The translations under genes and the position numbers were made by a program. Source: Phoronis australis (lineage: Eukaryota; Animalia; Phoronida). From it: a DNA stretch of 64,000 nucleotides. Where the stretch lies: the NCBI GenBank assembly GCA_002633005.1, contig NMRA01000125.1:456413-520412 (forward strand), written 5' to 3'. Below are positions 37,804 through 50,559 of the stretch, piece after piece (position 1 is the first letter of the stretch; every line of letters begins with the position of its first letter). The notes below the pieces were generated by a model. That model was not told where the DNA came from. It did no database searches and saw only the letters and a program-made list of their open reading frames with translations.

Positions 37804-39467
37804 CTGTAAGACGCCAACAATCTCAATGCTCGTATTTAACACCAATCGTCATTTAGGCATATTCTCTGTATTTTGAATAATAAGAAGAGTGAAAATACAA
37901 CCTTGAAGACAAATTGAGGTTTTAATTGCGCTCTACCATTATCCTCAAGATCAAACAATGACGAAAGCATACAAATCACTCTCAATGCCATCAGAACAAT
38001 ATTATCTTCTGCTGAGTGCTATTTATTTCAGCGTTGTACAACTTGTGCATTGGTCCATTTGGAACACCTCGGGTATTTCCGTAGCCTCAAATGTCCCCCA
38101 TGGAAGTGAACGTTACCTTAGCATGCAACTTCAGTCTTACGGTCCATCACTCCCCAATTTGAAAGTCACGTGAATTACCCTACTACTCAAGTTTGCACTG
38201 GCGTAAATAACGTTCACCCGGCTCCAAGTGGAAATTTGAGGCTACGAAAATACGTGAGGTGCTTCGGATATTACATATTATATATATCACTGTCGAATCC
38301 GGAACACCGAGCGAGTAAGTTCGTAACCTCAAATTGTTCCTCGGGGGTGATTCATATGCACATGTGTGAATTTCAATCATTACCGCTGAGGGATTTGGTC
38401 AAGAAACAGCTAAAATCATGATTTTAGCCTATCAGGTCTAAAAAGTCGTACGCGACAATCATTCTCAATGATTAGTCGATCTACCTCGTGATTTACTGTT
38501 TACTATTGTTTGATCCTGTTACTAAGTCTACTATCATAGGAGTATCACCGTGCATTCGACGGCATTGTCCACACGAGCAGATATGAAACACCTCCGAGGG
38601 ATGAGACAACGAAAATACCCGAGGTGTTCCGAATGATATTGACACTGATGACGACAGTCGATTACAATCGAAATATTGAACGCCACCTTGGTTTCGCAGT
38701 CGTTTTCATTATTTCATATCACCAAATTCGCAAGATCCCCACCATGAGCGCGTCGCTTTTCTGCCTTGATCAGTTTGTCATAAATTATGAATTAGAATTT
38801 TTTTCTTCGTCAAAAACCTCACTAAATGTGTTAGAAATATTCTTATATTCAAATACGATCTAATAATGCAACATAATGTTAAACATAGCGTTGCTATTTA
38901 ATGAGTGTAAACGCCAAAGAAGTCAGAGGCTAAAATACACGACTTGTTATGCAGATGAGAGAAAGGTTAACGCGTCAGTTGATGAATCTGTAGCCAAACT
39001 TGGTCATTTGTGTTGTGGGTAGACATTTAATAATCCCGAATTTCGCAAACTCATATAATACTGAAAATGATCTAAAAACTCCACAGCATAGTAAATTCAC
39101 TTTCACTATCCATGAATGCATCAAAAGATGAACCAGACTTCAGTTCAGGGTATCTTAAAAGTAATAGCAGTCTTATTTAGATGTCATATCGAAATCAGGG
39201 CATGGATTCTCACTAAGTGGCACGGGTGACGATTAGTATTGATATCGCACATTAATTCTCAAACGTTTTAGAAATATCTATCAAGGTGACCGTTCTGTGG
39301 ACTTAAAAGGTGCACACATCCAAAGTGAGTTTCTCCCCAACAAAACGGTGTCACCCCGCGTGCTTGGCCGATGCAGAATAGTGCAACAACAGATTACGGC
39401 AGCTCACTGTTCAGTCAAAGGGCAGTTGGTATGGGACAAAATCTAGAATGGCATCTTCGACTACCAG

Positions 39468-40319
39468 GGGCCTGTTTCATGAAAGGGACTAAAGACTTGA
39501 GACAGAAATTTGGTCAGACGCTCCCAATTCACAATTGCAAAATGAAAGGCCCAAGAAATTATGAGCGCATTACAGTCTAGAAATAATTTACAACCATTAT
39601 CTCAGTAGTAATTATTTGTTTATTCTCAGAGACTTAACACTTTTGGTCGATTGAGATTTAATTATCTTTCATAAGTAACTGTGTGGAGCGTATAACCAAA
39701 TCTCTGTTTTAACTCTTAAAGGCCGATTTCCACTACTTTTACCTTAAATTTCGAGTTCTCAACCGGCGAGATTCAGGGTTTAAAAACATTATGAGCTGTA
39801 ACCAGACCTGATTTGTTGATGAATCTAAACATTAAACACGAGCAAAAGTATCAGAAAATCTGTCACGGGATTTCCCGTCCCTTACCCCTACGACATCTAA
39901 TTTCATTTGAGTCCAAAATGTAGAGCACTTGATCATGTTAAGTGGACAAAACGTCACCACACATTAATTAGGCCAATTACGAGGTCATCAGCAATAACTC
40001 GCCCTTACTGTACTACCAGCTGATGCTCAGGCAATAATGTTGTGTCACGTGTCTAACCTATTTTTCCATGAAATTCCCTGTGCGCCACCTTCGATTTTTT
40101 TGTAGGGAGACAAGAAATAAATCGACGATTTTCAGAAGTATTTTCTGACATGCTGCGATTCTGTTCGTTCTTCTAGGTAACGGAAAACTATAGCTCTATC
40201 ATAGTAAGGTACCTGTTGAGACTGATTATAAAATATTAAGATGCTTAAAATTTTATTTTTTAAAGCCAGCTAAATAAGTAGACATAAAACTTTAAGTTTC
40301 TTTTCATGAAACAGAGCCC
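39468..40319. mobile_element. Family B Harbinger-like MITE, probably with a nested insertion starting near 39716
   Basis: GGGCCTGTTTCATGAAAG ... TTTTCATGAAACAGAGCCC termini; much longer than the 21.2-kb copy; TTAA|AGG at about 39716. Confidence 0.5.
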
Positions 40320-41579
40320 ACGGCAGACCTGTCATCTCGCGACTTCATACTGTAATGTTACCTGCTATATGTAAGGTGGACCAGACTGCTCCAGCCAACG
40401 TGAACAAGTTTACCAGACGAATTGACAGACTACAATGATCTAAGACAGACGTGACATGGTTGGAACACGTTGACTTAAATGTGATCCACAGCGATTTAAT
40501 ATGTGGCAGCTAGAAGGTGAGCATTTCGATTGAAGTGAAATAATTGTTTTGAAACAGTTGTGATCAAGGAGATATTTGTTTCCATACTTAACCTTGTTTA
40601 TTTTATTCCCATTATCAAATAAGTGTCATTTCTTGCACACAGGGAGAAATGGACAAACTCACTTATGGGTGACCACAATTTGTATTTAGAATTCACAGAA
40701 AAGACAGAAGAAACCAAGCGACCTTCAGGCGCCACAAAGTGAGCGTGTTCAAACTAGAGTGTCCTTACTTTTAGGACACCCTGCAGTTGGATCTGAAAAC
40801 TGAAAATGTCGGACTGACGATTATCTTGGTGTAAAGTAGGGTTTTTTAATAAGGTCAGAAATACAAAAGATTTGATTAATAGCAACATCGCGCACTTTTT
40901 AAGCTTTTATGAAGTTCAACACTTTAAACTTGAAAGGGTAACGATCTCACACTATCAGCGGGAACGATTTTACCTAATTTCCGAAACGGCCAATACAGAC
41001 GATTCGTTTTCGAGCAGTGGGTCAGAAGGAGATAATCCTACGTTCCTTATTTCAAAAAAGTATTAATTTATTGTTAAATGTCGATTATTCTGAGAGAGAA
41101 GAAGGTTCCAGTTATAAATACGATAGAGAAAATCCTCTCTTTTGCTCGTTCCATTGTGTATTTCAAAGCACTATGCGTTATCATTCAAAATATTGTTCGA
41201 CTTGCGAAACTGTGTTTTTCACTTCTCACATACCTCTTTGTGCATTATTCGACACTGGCAATAAAAATACTCAATGTTTCTGGAGGTTGTCAATAAACCT
41301 ACAGTTAATTGTTGTATAGCAGGTAGACCTGAATGCTTGGTATTTTCGTAATTCTCCGTGCAAATATTCATCAAGAACCGTGAGAACTCTACATTTGGAT
41401 TGTGAGAAAAACACACTCATCTTCTTGATATTTGCCAAAGCCTCATAGGCCAAGTACGATGTCTTAAGCCACAACCCCATCCCAGTCCCATATGAATATG
41501 GCAACACCGAAAAATGTCGAAAGCTTATGCAAATACTTCGTGCACAACATGTCATAGCAAAATACCATGGAGGACGTAC

Positions 41580-41616
41580 CTTTGGTCTTTTCTCTTTGCA
41601 ACTGTCCCTCAACACC
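41580..41616 (-). CDS. TNF ligand exon 2 (37-nt micro-exon)
   Basis: CTTTAG| GVEGQLQREKTK G|GTACGT; required to bridge phase 0 to phase 1. Confidence 0.85.
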
Positions 41617-42382
41617 CTAAAGCAATAGAAAAGTGACAATTGCATACAGGAACTGTACACGGGGAAGAACTTTGGATAGTTTATGTTTTCCCTCGCTCTA
41701 CGTCATTGTTATGAGGTCGGCAGAATAGGTAAAGTATTTCCTGCTTTTCCTTGCCGTACCGTGCTCATTTTTGTTGTAAAATTATATCGCTTTTACAACT
41801 GAAAATTCTTTTGTCAGATTGCAAAAAATGTGGTGAGTAGACAAACATTGATGGTGGTGCGACGCGAAACAAACTTACTTTTGATTTGTCCAAGTCTAAT
41901 GTTCACAATCTGTATTTCAAACAGGTATCCTATGGATATTTAAATGTACGCGAAGCTTCGTACAGTCACCCTCTAATATGCGCCAGCAGTTAGCGGATGT
42001 TTTAAAGATACTTTTCCCTTCACATTCTCCAATTTAGAACACAACATAAGTTTCTTCAGTTGAAAGAACGGCACTAAAATATAAACAGTTCATAACTTTC
42101 ATCCCTCTTTGTGTCAACCTTACTTAGCTATTAACGTCAAAAGTGTTGTTTACACAGCCTGTGTGTAGAATTTTTACGTCATGGCTTCGTTCAATTATCT
42201 TCTTTTACACCGTGACTTCTTTACTTTTCTTCTGACATGTACTAATAACAGCGACATAAATTCTATCTTTCTCTCTTCATGTATTCCTGTCTACCCGACT
42301 CGATGCAGGCTGTCTGTAAAGGATTCGAACATTTCTTTTAAACCTCCAAAACTGCTACCTGAACAGGTGTCTTTCTACTTAC

Positions 42383-42793
42383 CTTGCGTATAAGTTCCCC
42401 CACGACTTGCCCGTCTGTTGCATCTACGCAACAGTTTTCCTGCGCCTTCTTTTCCACTGGTAAGTTTTGCAATCCATCTTTTTCCCCGGATGAATTGTAA
42501 ACAAGAAAACTACACGGCACGCAGATTTGCGAATCCCTCACAGCTGGTAGCGGCTCTGGAGCATTTTGATGGTTGACGCCGGCAGTTTGAAGCGAATGCA
42601 AAACGACCTTGAAGTTTTCCATCTGAGCATACATTACGCCGTTAAACACAACACTGGCAACCATTACAATGTAAAGGAGTCCATAAATAGCGAAGTTAGA
42701 ATTTTTCATACGCGAATTGTCAACTTTGGAACTTGAAAAATTCTTTTGATTGTCTATGAGCAGTTTCCCCGATTCTGCTGTCGTCTTCTGCAT
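42383..42793 (-). CDS. TNF ligand exon 1 (cytoplasmic tail, TM helix, Cys-rich stalk)
   Basis: MQKTTAESGK...FAIYGLLYIVMVASVVFNGVMYA...ICVPCSF...NCCVD...ELIRK |GTAAGT. Confidence 0.9.
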
Positions 42794-43048
42794 GCCGTCG
42801 CAGTAATTCACTGAGAAATCGAAACATACGGGCAGTACATGTATTCCTGTTTGACTAACGCAACTACCGTTTTGTAGAATTTAATTTTCTCGGAAATTAG
42901 GTTATAAATAGCTTGATCAATACAGTAGGCTTGTAAGTTACCTGAATACCGATAACGGCAATAGCGGTAACCAATAACATAAAAAATAGGTCATTGGCGA
43001 TAACACACGATACAGGCAACAACTAAGTGCACTAATCAAAAACCTCGT

Positions 43049-43065
43049 GGGAGCTTTCACTTTTG
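43049..43065 (-). promoter_or_regulatory. Overlapping IRF-element and kappaB-like motif upstream of the TNF gene
   Basis: Minus strand AAAAGTGAAAGC (43064-43053) and plus strand GGGAGCTTTC (43049-43058); TATA-like TATTTATA at about 42903-42910 (-). Confidence 0.4.
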
Positions 43066-43499
43066 CATTTATAAAATTGAACGAGGCATTGTGTCCTATG
43101 CACAACAATTTGTAGCGCCACCAAAGTGTGGAAGTAGTGAATTGAGGGCATTAAAAGTAATTACAACGTCGTGTTTGACAAAACTTGTCAACCGAGAAAA
43201 TCTGGGCCCCAGGGTCTTACCTTTGTACTCGAAATTGAACTCAAAATTATTGAAGATATTTTTTGTCCTACTTTAATAAGGACTCGACTGGAGATAAGTG
43301 TTCATTATTCTATGCTCTAGTACATTATAGTTTACGCAAATGAGTTTCTCTTGTCAAGTTCGGGCTTGATGACCCCTATATTTTACCTACATGTAAAAGC
43401 TCTAGTGAAAACTAGAGATTCGAATTATAACTCGAAATACACTTCAATGCCTTTTTAAATTGGAACTTAGGAAATTGATCGATCTACTTCGCATACGTG

Positions 43500-43790
43500 A
43501 ATTCCCAACCACTGCAACTGGCGACAGACGTCCGACATCTCCCCTCAGAAAGCACCCCCCTGGAAAGACTGACTGAGCTTCATGTTGCCAGAGGAAGCGG
43601 CATCAGAACCACCTTACGTGGAGAAAGTATAGTAGGCCTACCATCAGCAGTGTGACTCTTTCTTGGCTGCTGTAGAGAAGGACTGAGCACTTGCGGACCT
43701 GTCCAATGTGCAGTGATGTCTGACCCTGAGACAATGACAATGGCAATAACAATGATTACGATTGATAATTTTTGATGGTTTATCAGAACC
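43500..43790 (+). mobile_element. Possible decayed LINE 3' end with simple-repeat tail
   Basis: Frame fragment QRKRHQNHLTWRK resembles the GxRxRGRPxxTW LINE C-terminus and is followed by an (ACAATG)n-like tail. Confidence 0.25.
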
Positions 43791-44117
43791 ATCATTGAAA
43801 CAGTCCCGGTTAAATATTGCCTGAGCAGATATGTTTTGTTATGTAAAAGCTCACCAGAATGCTAAATCCGCTATCGAACATATGTGGGGGAATTATTTAA
43901 ATATGTATCAAGTGTCACAAAGTTTTACTCAACAATGAAGTTTCATCGCGCATATCTTAGTGATTAGATAAGGAAAAAATCAAGTTTACTGTGGTACCAC
44001 TGCCCGACAGTAGGTGGCGATAAGCTCAAAGTTTGGTCTTTTGTTGTAAAGGTGAAAAGTTGGTTTATGTAAAAACTGAATTTCGAATTTCAGGGAAGAT
44101 GCTCACTGACACTTGAC

Positions 44118-44224
44118 ATGACTGGCGTGGAATACTGCTCCATTCAGTCAACGTGGAAGCTAGAAGGGAACGGCCGGTTTTCTGATTGTATCTCATACAA
44201 TTTATCCGATGAAAATTATGTTTC
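44118..44224 (+). CDS. C10orf88: C10orf88/PAAT coding exon 1
   Basis: MTGVEYCSIQSTWKLEGNGRFSDCISYNLSDENYV TC|GTAAGT (phase 2). Confidence 0.75.
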
Positions 44225-44719
44225 GTAAGTGTCCAGTGGCAGTGTGAACTCCGTTATAATGACTTGGCTGACCGATACATTGAACTTGAAGAGTGAGAAA
44301 AATTACCAGGATTGACCATGGGGCGCAGGAATTAAAAATTGATCAGGTCGATTTAGTTTGAGATACTGATAACTACTTTTCAGTTCTTGCGAAATACAAT
44401 AACCTGATAGTACTGACTATAAATAACAGACCATAATAAATAATAAGCAACACTGTACAACCAAACCAAGTAACAACAAACCTCCCTGAACTGACTTGAG
44501 ATGATTGTCCTTTAGAAACAAAATTCACCATTGGCATTGACCAAATCAATTTTACTGGGAATATCAAAAATTAATTTTCAAGCAAATGCAAGCAAATTCC
44601 CCCGATTTGGAGATTTATGCATCTTAACTTGCTAGTCGAAATTCTCTTGATCGTGAAATTCTGTCGATACAGTGAAATTCTCCTGATTTGAGAATCTGCT
44701 TTGGTAATATACAGTACCT

Positions 44720-45115
44720 CAACTGACCACGTTGTTATAAATATCTTTTGTGCATAAAAGGGTAACTTAAGAGGCAGTTAAAGTCTTTAATGCTTTTCAG
44801 CTTGGACAAATACTCCCGCAATCAAATTTTTTCTTCTAACAGTTCTTCGTTCAGTTGCCTAAATTGGCAGCTGGCCATCTTTACACTTCTTGCGCCATGG
44901 GATGTTATGTCATATCCCTTGGCGTCAGCAATGTAAAAAATGCCAGTTGCTGATTTGGGCAATTCGACGAAGGACTGTTCTAAAAAGTTTGATTGTTGGA
45001 GTATTTTGTTGAGTTGAGTAAAGTTAAAGACATCAGCGGACTATTACGGTGTACCAGTACCTCTATATATGCAAAAATTAGGAACATGAATTTGATGATC
45101 TAATCAATGTGAGGC
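44720..45115. mobile_element. Fold-back (palindromic) repeat, family C
   Basis: Long imperfect inverted arms around about 44909 (GCCATGGGATG-TTATGTCA-TATCCCTTGGC); left arm colinear with 10869-11085. Confidence 0.6.
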
Positions 45116-45559
45116 ATACTACTAATATGCTGAAAAGTTTTCAGCGTATGGAGAGCTTATGGGATGAGACGCCATCTCTACTGTGACCAGTTTAGGTGGT
45201 TGTACTGTCTGTCATAGAGCCTGAAGTCGACTATGCAAAACGTAGCCCCTCTGCTGGCTGTTTAGGGGCTCCAATACTACCCATCAATTTCTGTACCAAT
45301 TTCATCCTGTGTATTTTAAATGGGCGGTAGGTCAAATCCGCTCATCAAATAAGAGGTGTTCACCTTGTCAAAAATATATTTTACACTTAAATTATCACTT
45401 AAAAAGCACTTCATTCTTCATCGGTTCTATACATATCAATGAAGCTTGTCTACTGTAATTAAGATCACTCTGGCGAAGGATTCCTATTTTGGTTACTGTT
45501 TTAACTTTTTCACCACATTCGATAACCACTAAGTATTTCAAGTGCCATCACACGAAGGT

Positions 45560-47084
45560 AACAACAAGCGCGACTGAGCGAAGCACATGACCTGGCATTT
45601 GAGTAGCATGTGAAATTTGTGTCCCTTGGACTTTTTGTTCGTCAACAGGCGGGATTTCGCTTAACTTCCTGAAAATGGCACCTGGTGAAGGAAGTGCGAG
45701 TGAACCGCGACAGATTTTCATGGATATGTTCAAATTAGGTTGACTTAATTGACTCCAGAGTCATGGTATATGTTAATTATATCATGCTGTGTATATAGGC
45801 GTGTTTCATTTGATGTTATTGGCTGTATTTTGAAATGAGAAACTTTTTATGGAGGTATAATATCACCTGTGGTGTACACGGCGATGTATTTGCCTAGAAG
45901 TTGACCTGCCTGGCACAATAACAAGACTTCTACTTCTGTCCTTGTATTTCAGTGCATCCGTAATGTAGTTCTGGTTGAAATGATGTTAGGCGAAGTAACA
46001 TGATGGAAGTAAGCTGCTTGCAAATGCGTGCATGTGTCATCGGCCAAGACGTGGGTTTGCTTCCCATTTTCTTTGGCCTCCGCAGTTTTTTCCGATTTTG
46101 GACTTGAGCCTTGAATTTCGTCGCAGAAAAAGATCCCCTAGGATCCCTCCCTCTGTTTACAAGAACCAAAAATCCCTTCCCCTATTCCTTCCACATGCTG
46201 TTGACTTTCCTGGGCTGGACAGAAAATAGGAATCGACGGCGAGCCACTGTTGTCAAGAAGCCTTTTTATCAAAAACACCCATCGAAGGTGCTTTTGTGTG
46301 GATCGAGCAATTCCCACTTAGTGCTNAACAACAAGCGCGACTGAGCGAAGCGCATGACCCGGCGTATGAGTAGCATGTAAAATTTGTGTCCCTTGGACTT
46401 TTTGTTCGTCAACAGGCGGGAATTCCCGTAACTTCCTGAAAATGGCACCTGGTGAAGGAAGTGCGAGTGAACCGCGACAGATTTTCATGGATATGTTCAA
46501 ATTAGGTTGACTTAATTGACTCCAGAGTCATTGTATATGTTAATTATATCATGCTGTGTATATAGGGGTGTTTCGTTTGATGTTATTGGCTGTATTTTGA
46601 TATGAGAAACTTTTTATGGGGGTATAATATCACCTGTGGTGTATACGGCGATGTATGTGCATAGAAGTCGACCTGCCTGGCACAATAACAAGACTTCTAC
46701 TTCTGTCCTTGTATTTCAGTGCATCCGTAATGTAGTTCTGGTTGAAATGATGTTAGGCGAAGTAACATGATGGAAGTAAGCTGCTTGCAAATGTGTGCAT
46801 GTGTCATCGGCCAAGACGTGGGTTTGCTTCCCATTTTCTTTGGCCTCCACAGTTTTTTCCGATTTTGGACTTGAGCCTTGCATTTCGTCGCAGAAAAAGA
46901 TCCCCTATGATCCCTCTGTTTACAATAACCAAATTACCCTTCCCCTATTCCTTCCACATGCTGTTGACTCCCCTGGGCTGGACAGAAAACAGGAATCGAC
47001 GGCAAGCCACTGTTGTCAAGAAGCCTTTTTATCAAAAACACCCAAGGTGTTTTTGTGTGGATCGAGCAATTCCCACTTAGTGCT
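45560..47084. repeat. About 760-bp direct duplication split by a single n (likely uncollapsed haplotypes)
   Basis: 45560-46325 and 46327-47084 near-identical with scattered SNPs/indels; n at 46326. Confidence 0.9.
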
Positions 47085-48165
47085 GACTTGATGGCAATAA
47101 AACGCTGTCAGGACTAGAGAGTCACTGGTTATTTCCCTGTTCCATTTCTTTACTACCAATTAGCACTTGATTGACCCGACCCAGTTAGGTCAGGTCAGCA
47201 ATTATGTAATTTGTTTACAACAGAATACTTAGAACATTCTCATAGGTTCCAGTCATATTGTATTTTGTGACTGAAATAGAACCATAGCCTGAAACTTTCT
47301 AGACTCCTGTACTTACAAAGTCAGGTTATAGCGGTAGAATCAGCTGGTAGGTGAGCCAATAGAGAGCCAGCTATCGAGACAGCAAGTAATAAATCTAATG
47401 ACTGTCCTGAAAGTCACTGAAGTGTTCATCGCAAGTCAAGGCTTTGCAGCACTGGCTGGAGTGTAGTACAGGCATTACATATGACGTTTTGTTTGAGTAA
47501 GTTTGTGTATACGTACATGTTATCATTTCATTGAGATGAATTAAATGGTTAATTCCGATGAACCTGCAGTCTTGTATTGCAATGAAAACTATTAGCACTG
47601 GTCAGTGATAATTTGCGCCCAACCATCCACGGGGAAAACGTGACACACTGGCTAATTGTGGACTAAAACTGATTTGCTTCTAGCATGCAATTTCTCCTGA
47701 AATATTAAGCGTCAATTGATTAGGGTAGTTCCGTTCTGTTTTAGTAACAGTAGATAATTAGCCTGCAAGTTGTGATAATGGACAAAAGACTGTGGGAGCG
47801 CTTAACATTGGACTAGTTTGATATCTGGATATAGTCTTGATTTGAAAACTGCTGTTATTTAGAGTTGAAACTGAAGAGGAGATTTTGTGTAATGGCAATT
47901 AATGTGTATTACGTTGTAACTGTATTCTTTCCTTGCATTTCTTTGAAGTCTTGGTGTTTTAAACACTTGTAGATGATGCAACTATGTCTTTGTTTATGTA
48001 CATAATAGCAATAGAGTTTAGATTAAATTAAGTAATTAAGAAACATTGGGTAAATACGGAACAACTTTCAAAACAGCTTATAACAATTCATGGCATTAAA
48101 CTAAGTCATTTTTCAGAACATTAATCGGTGTTAAAATCTTTGTTAAAAATAAAGTACTGTTTCAG

Positions 48166-48281
48166 GAATCTGATTGAGCAATGGTCGGATCAACCTGTGA
48201 TATCATTATTGCCCCCCACAGATGAGACGACACCGTGTACATTGAATGTTAAGATTCTATGCAATGCACAGACGTTGACAG
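48166..48281 (+). CDS. C10orf88: C10orf88/PAAT coding exon 2
   Basis: TTTCAG| NLIEQWSDQPVISLLPPTDETTPCTLNVKILCNAQTLT G|GTCAGT. Confidence 0.82.
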
Positions 48282-48469
48282 GTCAGTGGCATTTTAAAAT
48301 CTTCAATTTACACAATTTTCTGTAAAACCCCATTGTGTGGAGCTGCTGAAGGTATAGCCTGCTACTTTTATTTGTAAGCGGTTTATGTTTGAATAGAGTT
48401 TCAAGTGACAAACACTTGAACTTATTTTTTCACAGTAACGTTATGTCAGAAAACCTTGATTACTAACTA

Positions 48470-49057
48470 CTTATTGTATAGGACCATGTTAACAAGTGTG
48501 TACATTTAACCCAAATATCTACAAAACTATAGAATTTAACAGAGCAGAGTATTATTTTCTGAAAGTATAAATCCTGCCGCTAGTCGGGTAACATAACCTT
48601 GTTATAGCTAAAGTGAAAGGTGCATTCGTAGTAAAACAACAGGATCAATAAAATGGTCAAATTTTGTGTGATATAAATATTCAAGACAAATGCTCTATCA
48701 GTTTGTTAAATTTATCATTTCATGTTTGTTTTATGCAACTGTAATTTGTTTTTCATGAAATTAAGTCCCATTTTTGATAGCTCCTCAAGCCAAGTGGAGC
48801 CATTTAATAAAGACAATTCATTTTCGGCTTTATGTAACTTAATTTTTACACAAATCACATAAGTGCTAGTTTTTGATAGCCCCCCCATTCAAATGTGGAA
48901 CATCTTAAAAACAATTCCTAGCAGCATTTTGTAGAACAGTGTATAAAGTATAGTATCTGATAGTTTCATGAGAATCCGATTATCCGTTTCTGAGATATGA
49001 TGTTCTGAAGTTTGCCAAATTTGGACATTTTTCTAGGGTCTGGTCCTACATAACTTT
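48470..49057. mobile_element. Family A non-autonomous DNA transposon copy
   Basis: Termini TAGGACCA ... TGGTCCTACA; interior matches 56.5-57.0 kb and 2.5-3.3 kb. Confidence 0.55.
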
Positions 49058-49127
49058 ATGTCAAAATTTTATGTTTCTTTGACTGGTGCAGTGCACAATA
49101 AATGTTATCCTTCCTGTTATTTTTAAG

Positions 49128-49276
49128 GTTTCCACATAATTACCAGTGCACGACGTGTTGAAGTGTCCAGCAATGCTCAAGGGTACCTGTGCACACAGAC
49201 TGGAGAGAGCTGTGGAAATGGGCTGTATTCTACAAGATGGAGCAGCAGATCTCATTTTCAGCACTTACAGTTAAAG
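49128..49276 (+). CDS. C10orf88: C10orf88/PAAT coding exon 3
   Basis: TTTAAG| FHIITSARRVEVSSNAQGYLCTQTGE...HLQLK |GTGGGT. Confidence 0.88.
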
Positions 49277-49590
49277 GTGGGTATTAGATCTAAATGTAAA
49301 ACTGTACTAGGTGATTCTGTAGATGTCAGTGTTACCTGTGTGTCACTGTTACCTGTATGTCCCTTCAGCACAGCTAGTTTGCCATTATGTTGTTGGCAGG
49401 GCGAAGCCTGGATTTCTGGGGGACGGCTCTGTGCGCTTTGCTGGGTGGTTAGTCGCCACTTGCCGTTCTTCAAATATTGGAGCACGTCTTTTTTACTGTC
49501 TATTGAACAATTTTGCATTTAGTCGTACATGCAAATGTATGGGCATTTAGTTACGCAAAGAATAAATTGATAAAGTCTTGTTCATTGCAG

Positions 49591-49794
49591 TTTGTTTCAT
49601 TGACTGACAAGACACGTTTTGATATTCATGGCATGCAATTAGATGTCAAAGTGGACCCAGCTTCAATGATGCCTGCCAGCATGTCAACTGTACAGATGGA
49701 TAAAGTTAATGAGATGATGAGAGACATGGGCCTGGAGGGATCACAGAGTGCAGACGGCCTGAGGAAGGCTTTGGAGCTGGCTGAAACAGTACAT
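49591..49794 (+). CDS. C10orf88: C10orf88/PAAT coding exon 4
   Basis: TTGCAG| FVSLTDK...VQMDKVNEMMRDMG...AETVH |GTAAGT. Confidence 0.88.
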
Positions 49795-50559
49795 GTAAGT
49801 TAGAGACACAGGGCCTGTTGCCAACCATACTGCTTTTGGCCATGAAAAGGCTAACCCATCAGCTCCAATATTGAGTTGAATCTTCACCAACGATTTGTCT
49901 ATTCAAAGTCCGAAATCACTTCTGATCCGAGCATGGTACAATTTGAGACCAATTTTGTAGTGGCAAGTTTAATTATTACATTCACAATTCAGTGTCTTGC
50001 CACCAAGAATTGGCCAAGTGATGTAGAACAGCTTTAAAGCTGGTCATGTTTTTTATGTCCAGTTCTGGTCTCTTTCATCTTGGCCATGAAATGATCAGAT
50101 TTGGGATTCAAAAAGCATGTGTCAGGGTTTGTTGACTTATCCTGGTTGACCTTTTAAACAAGGTATGTAGAGTAACTTTGACATTTGTTATTGATTCAAT
50201 GGTAAATGTTGACCCTTGTCCTGCTAAGCCTCTATTCAGACAACTTTCCCTGTGTGCTAAGTAGGTCACCACTGCTGTTGTGCATTGGGCTGTTATGAAG
50301 GTCACTCATATTAATGACCTAACATTTTTAAATTGGAAATTTGAAGGGGTAATGCCTACTTCACATAAATGTAGTCTGCACAAAAGTTGTTCAGAATTTA
50401 ATGGAGATTTTCACCATATATCTATAGCCTTGGTGTAAATAATTCTATAAACTTTCAAACTGAACAGCCTTTGTTTTTATCTGTTTTCACATATGAGAAC
50501 ATTATAGCTGACACTCACAAACTGCAATAAGCATTTTTAAAAGGGAATTCATGGGACTT

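Larger units (their letters stand above)
29857..42793 (-). other. Gene span: TNF superfamily ligand, type II membrane protein, 336 aa
   Basis: complement(join(29857-30073,33782-34007,37684-37803,41580-41616,42383-42793)) = 1011 nt, GT-AG, phases 0/1/1/2. Has a TM helix, a CVPC..CC stalk and TNF-homology motifs KPVAHL, GLYYVYSQV, TSYLGGVFHLRPGDELFVKVS, NFGVYML. Confidence 0.93.

Noticed and set aside
45560-47084. Tandem duplication or LTR-like pair
   Set aside because: Copies abut at a single n, like the pairs at 57089 and 58397; best explained as overlapping contig ends from two haplotypes. Read depth or long reads would confirm.
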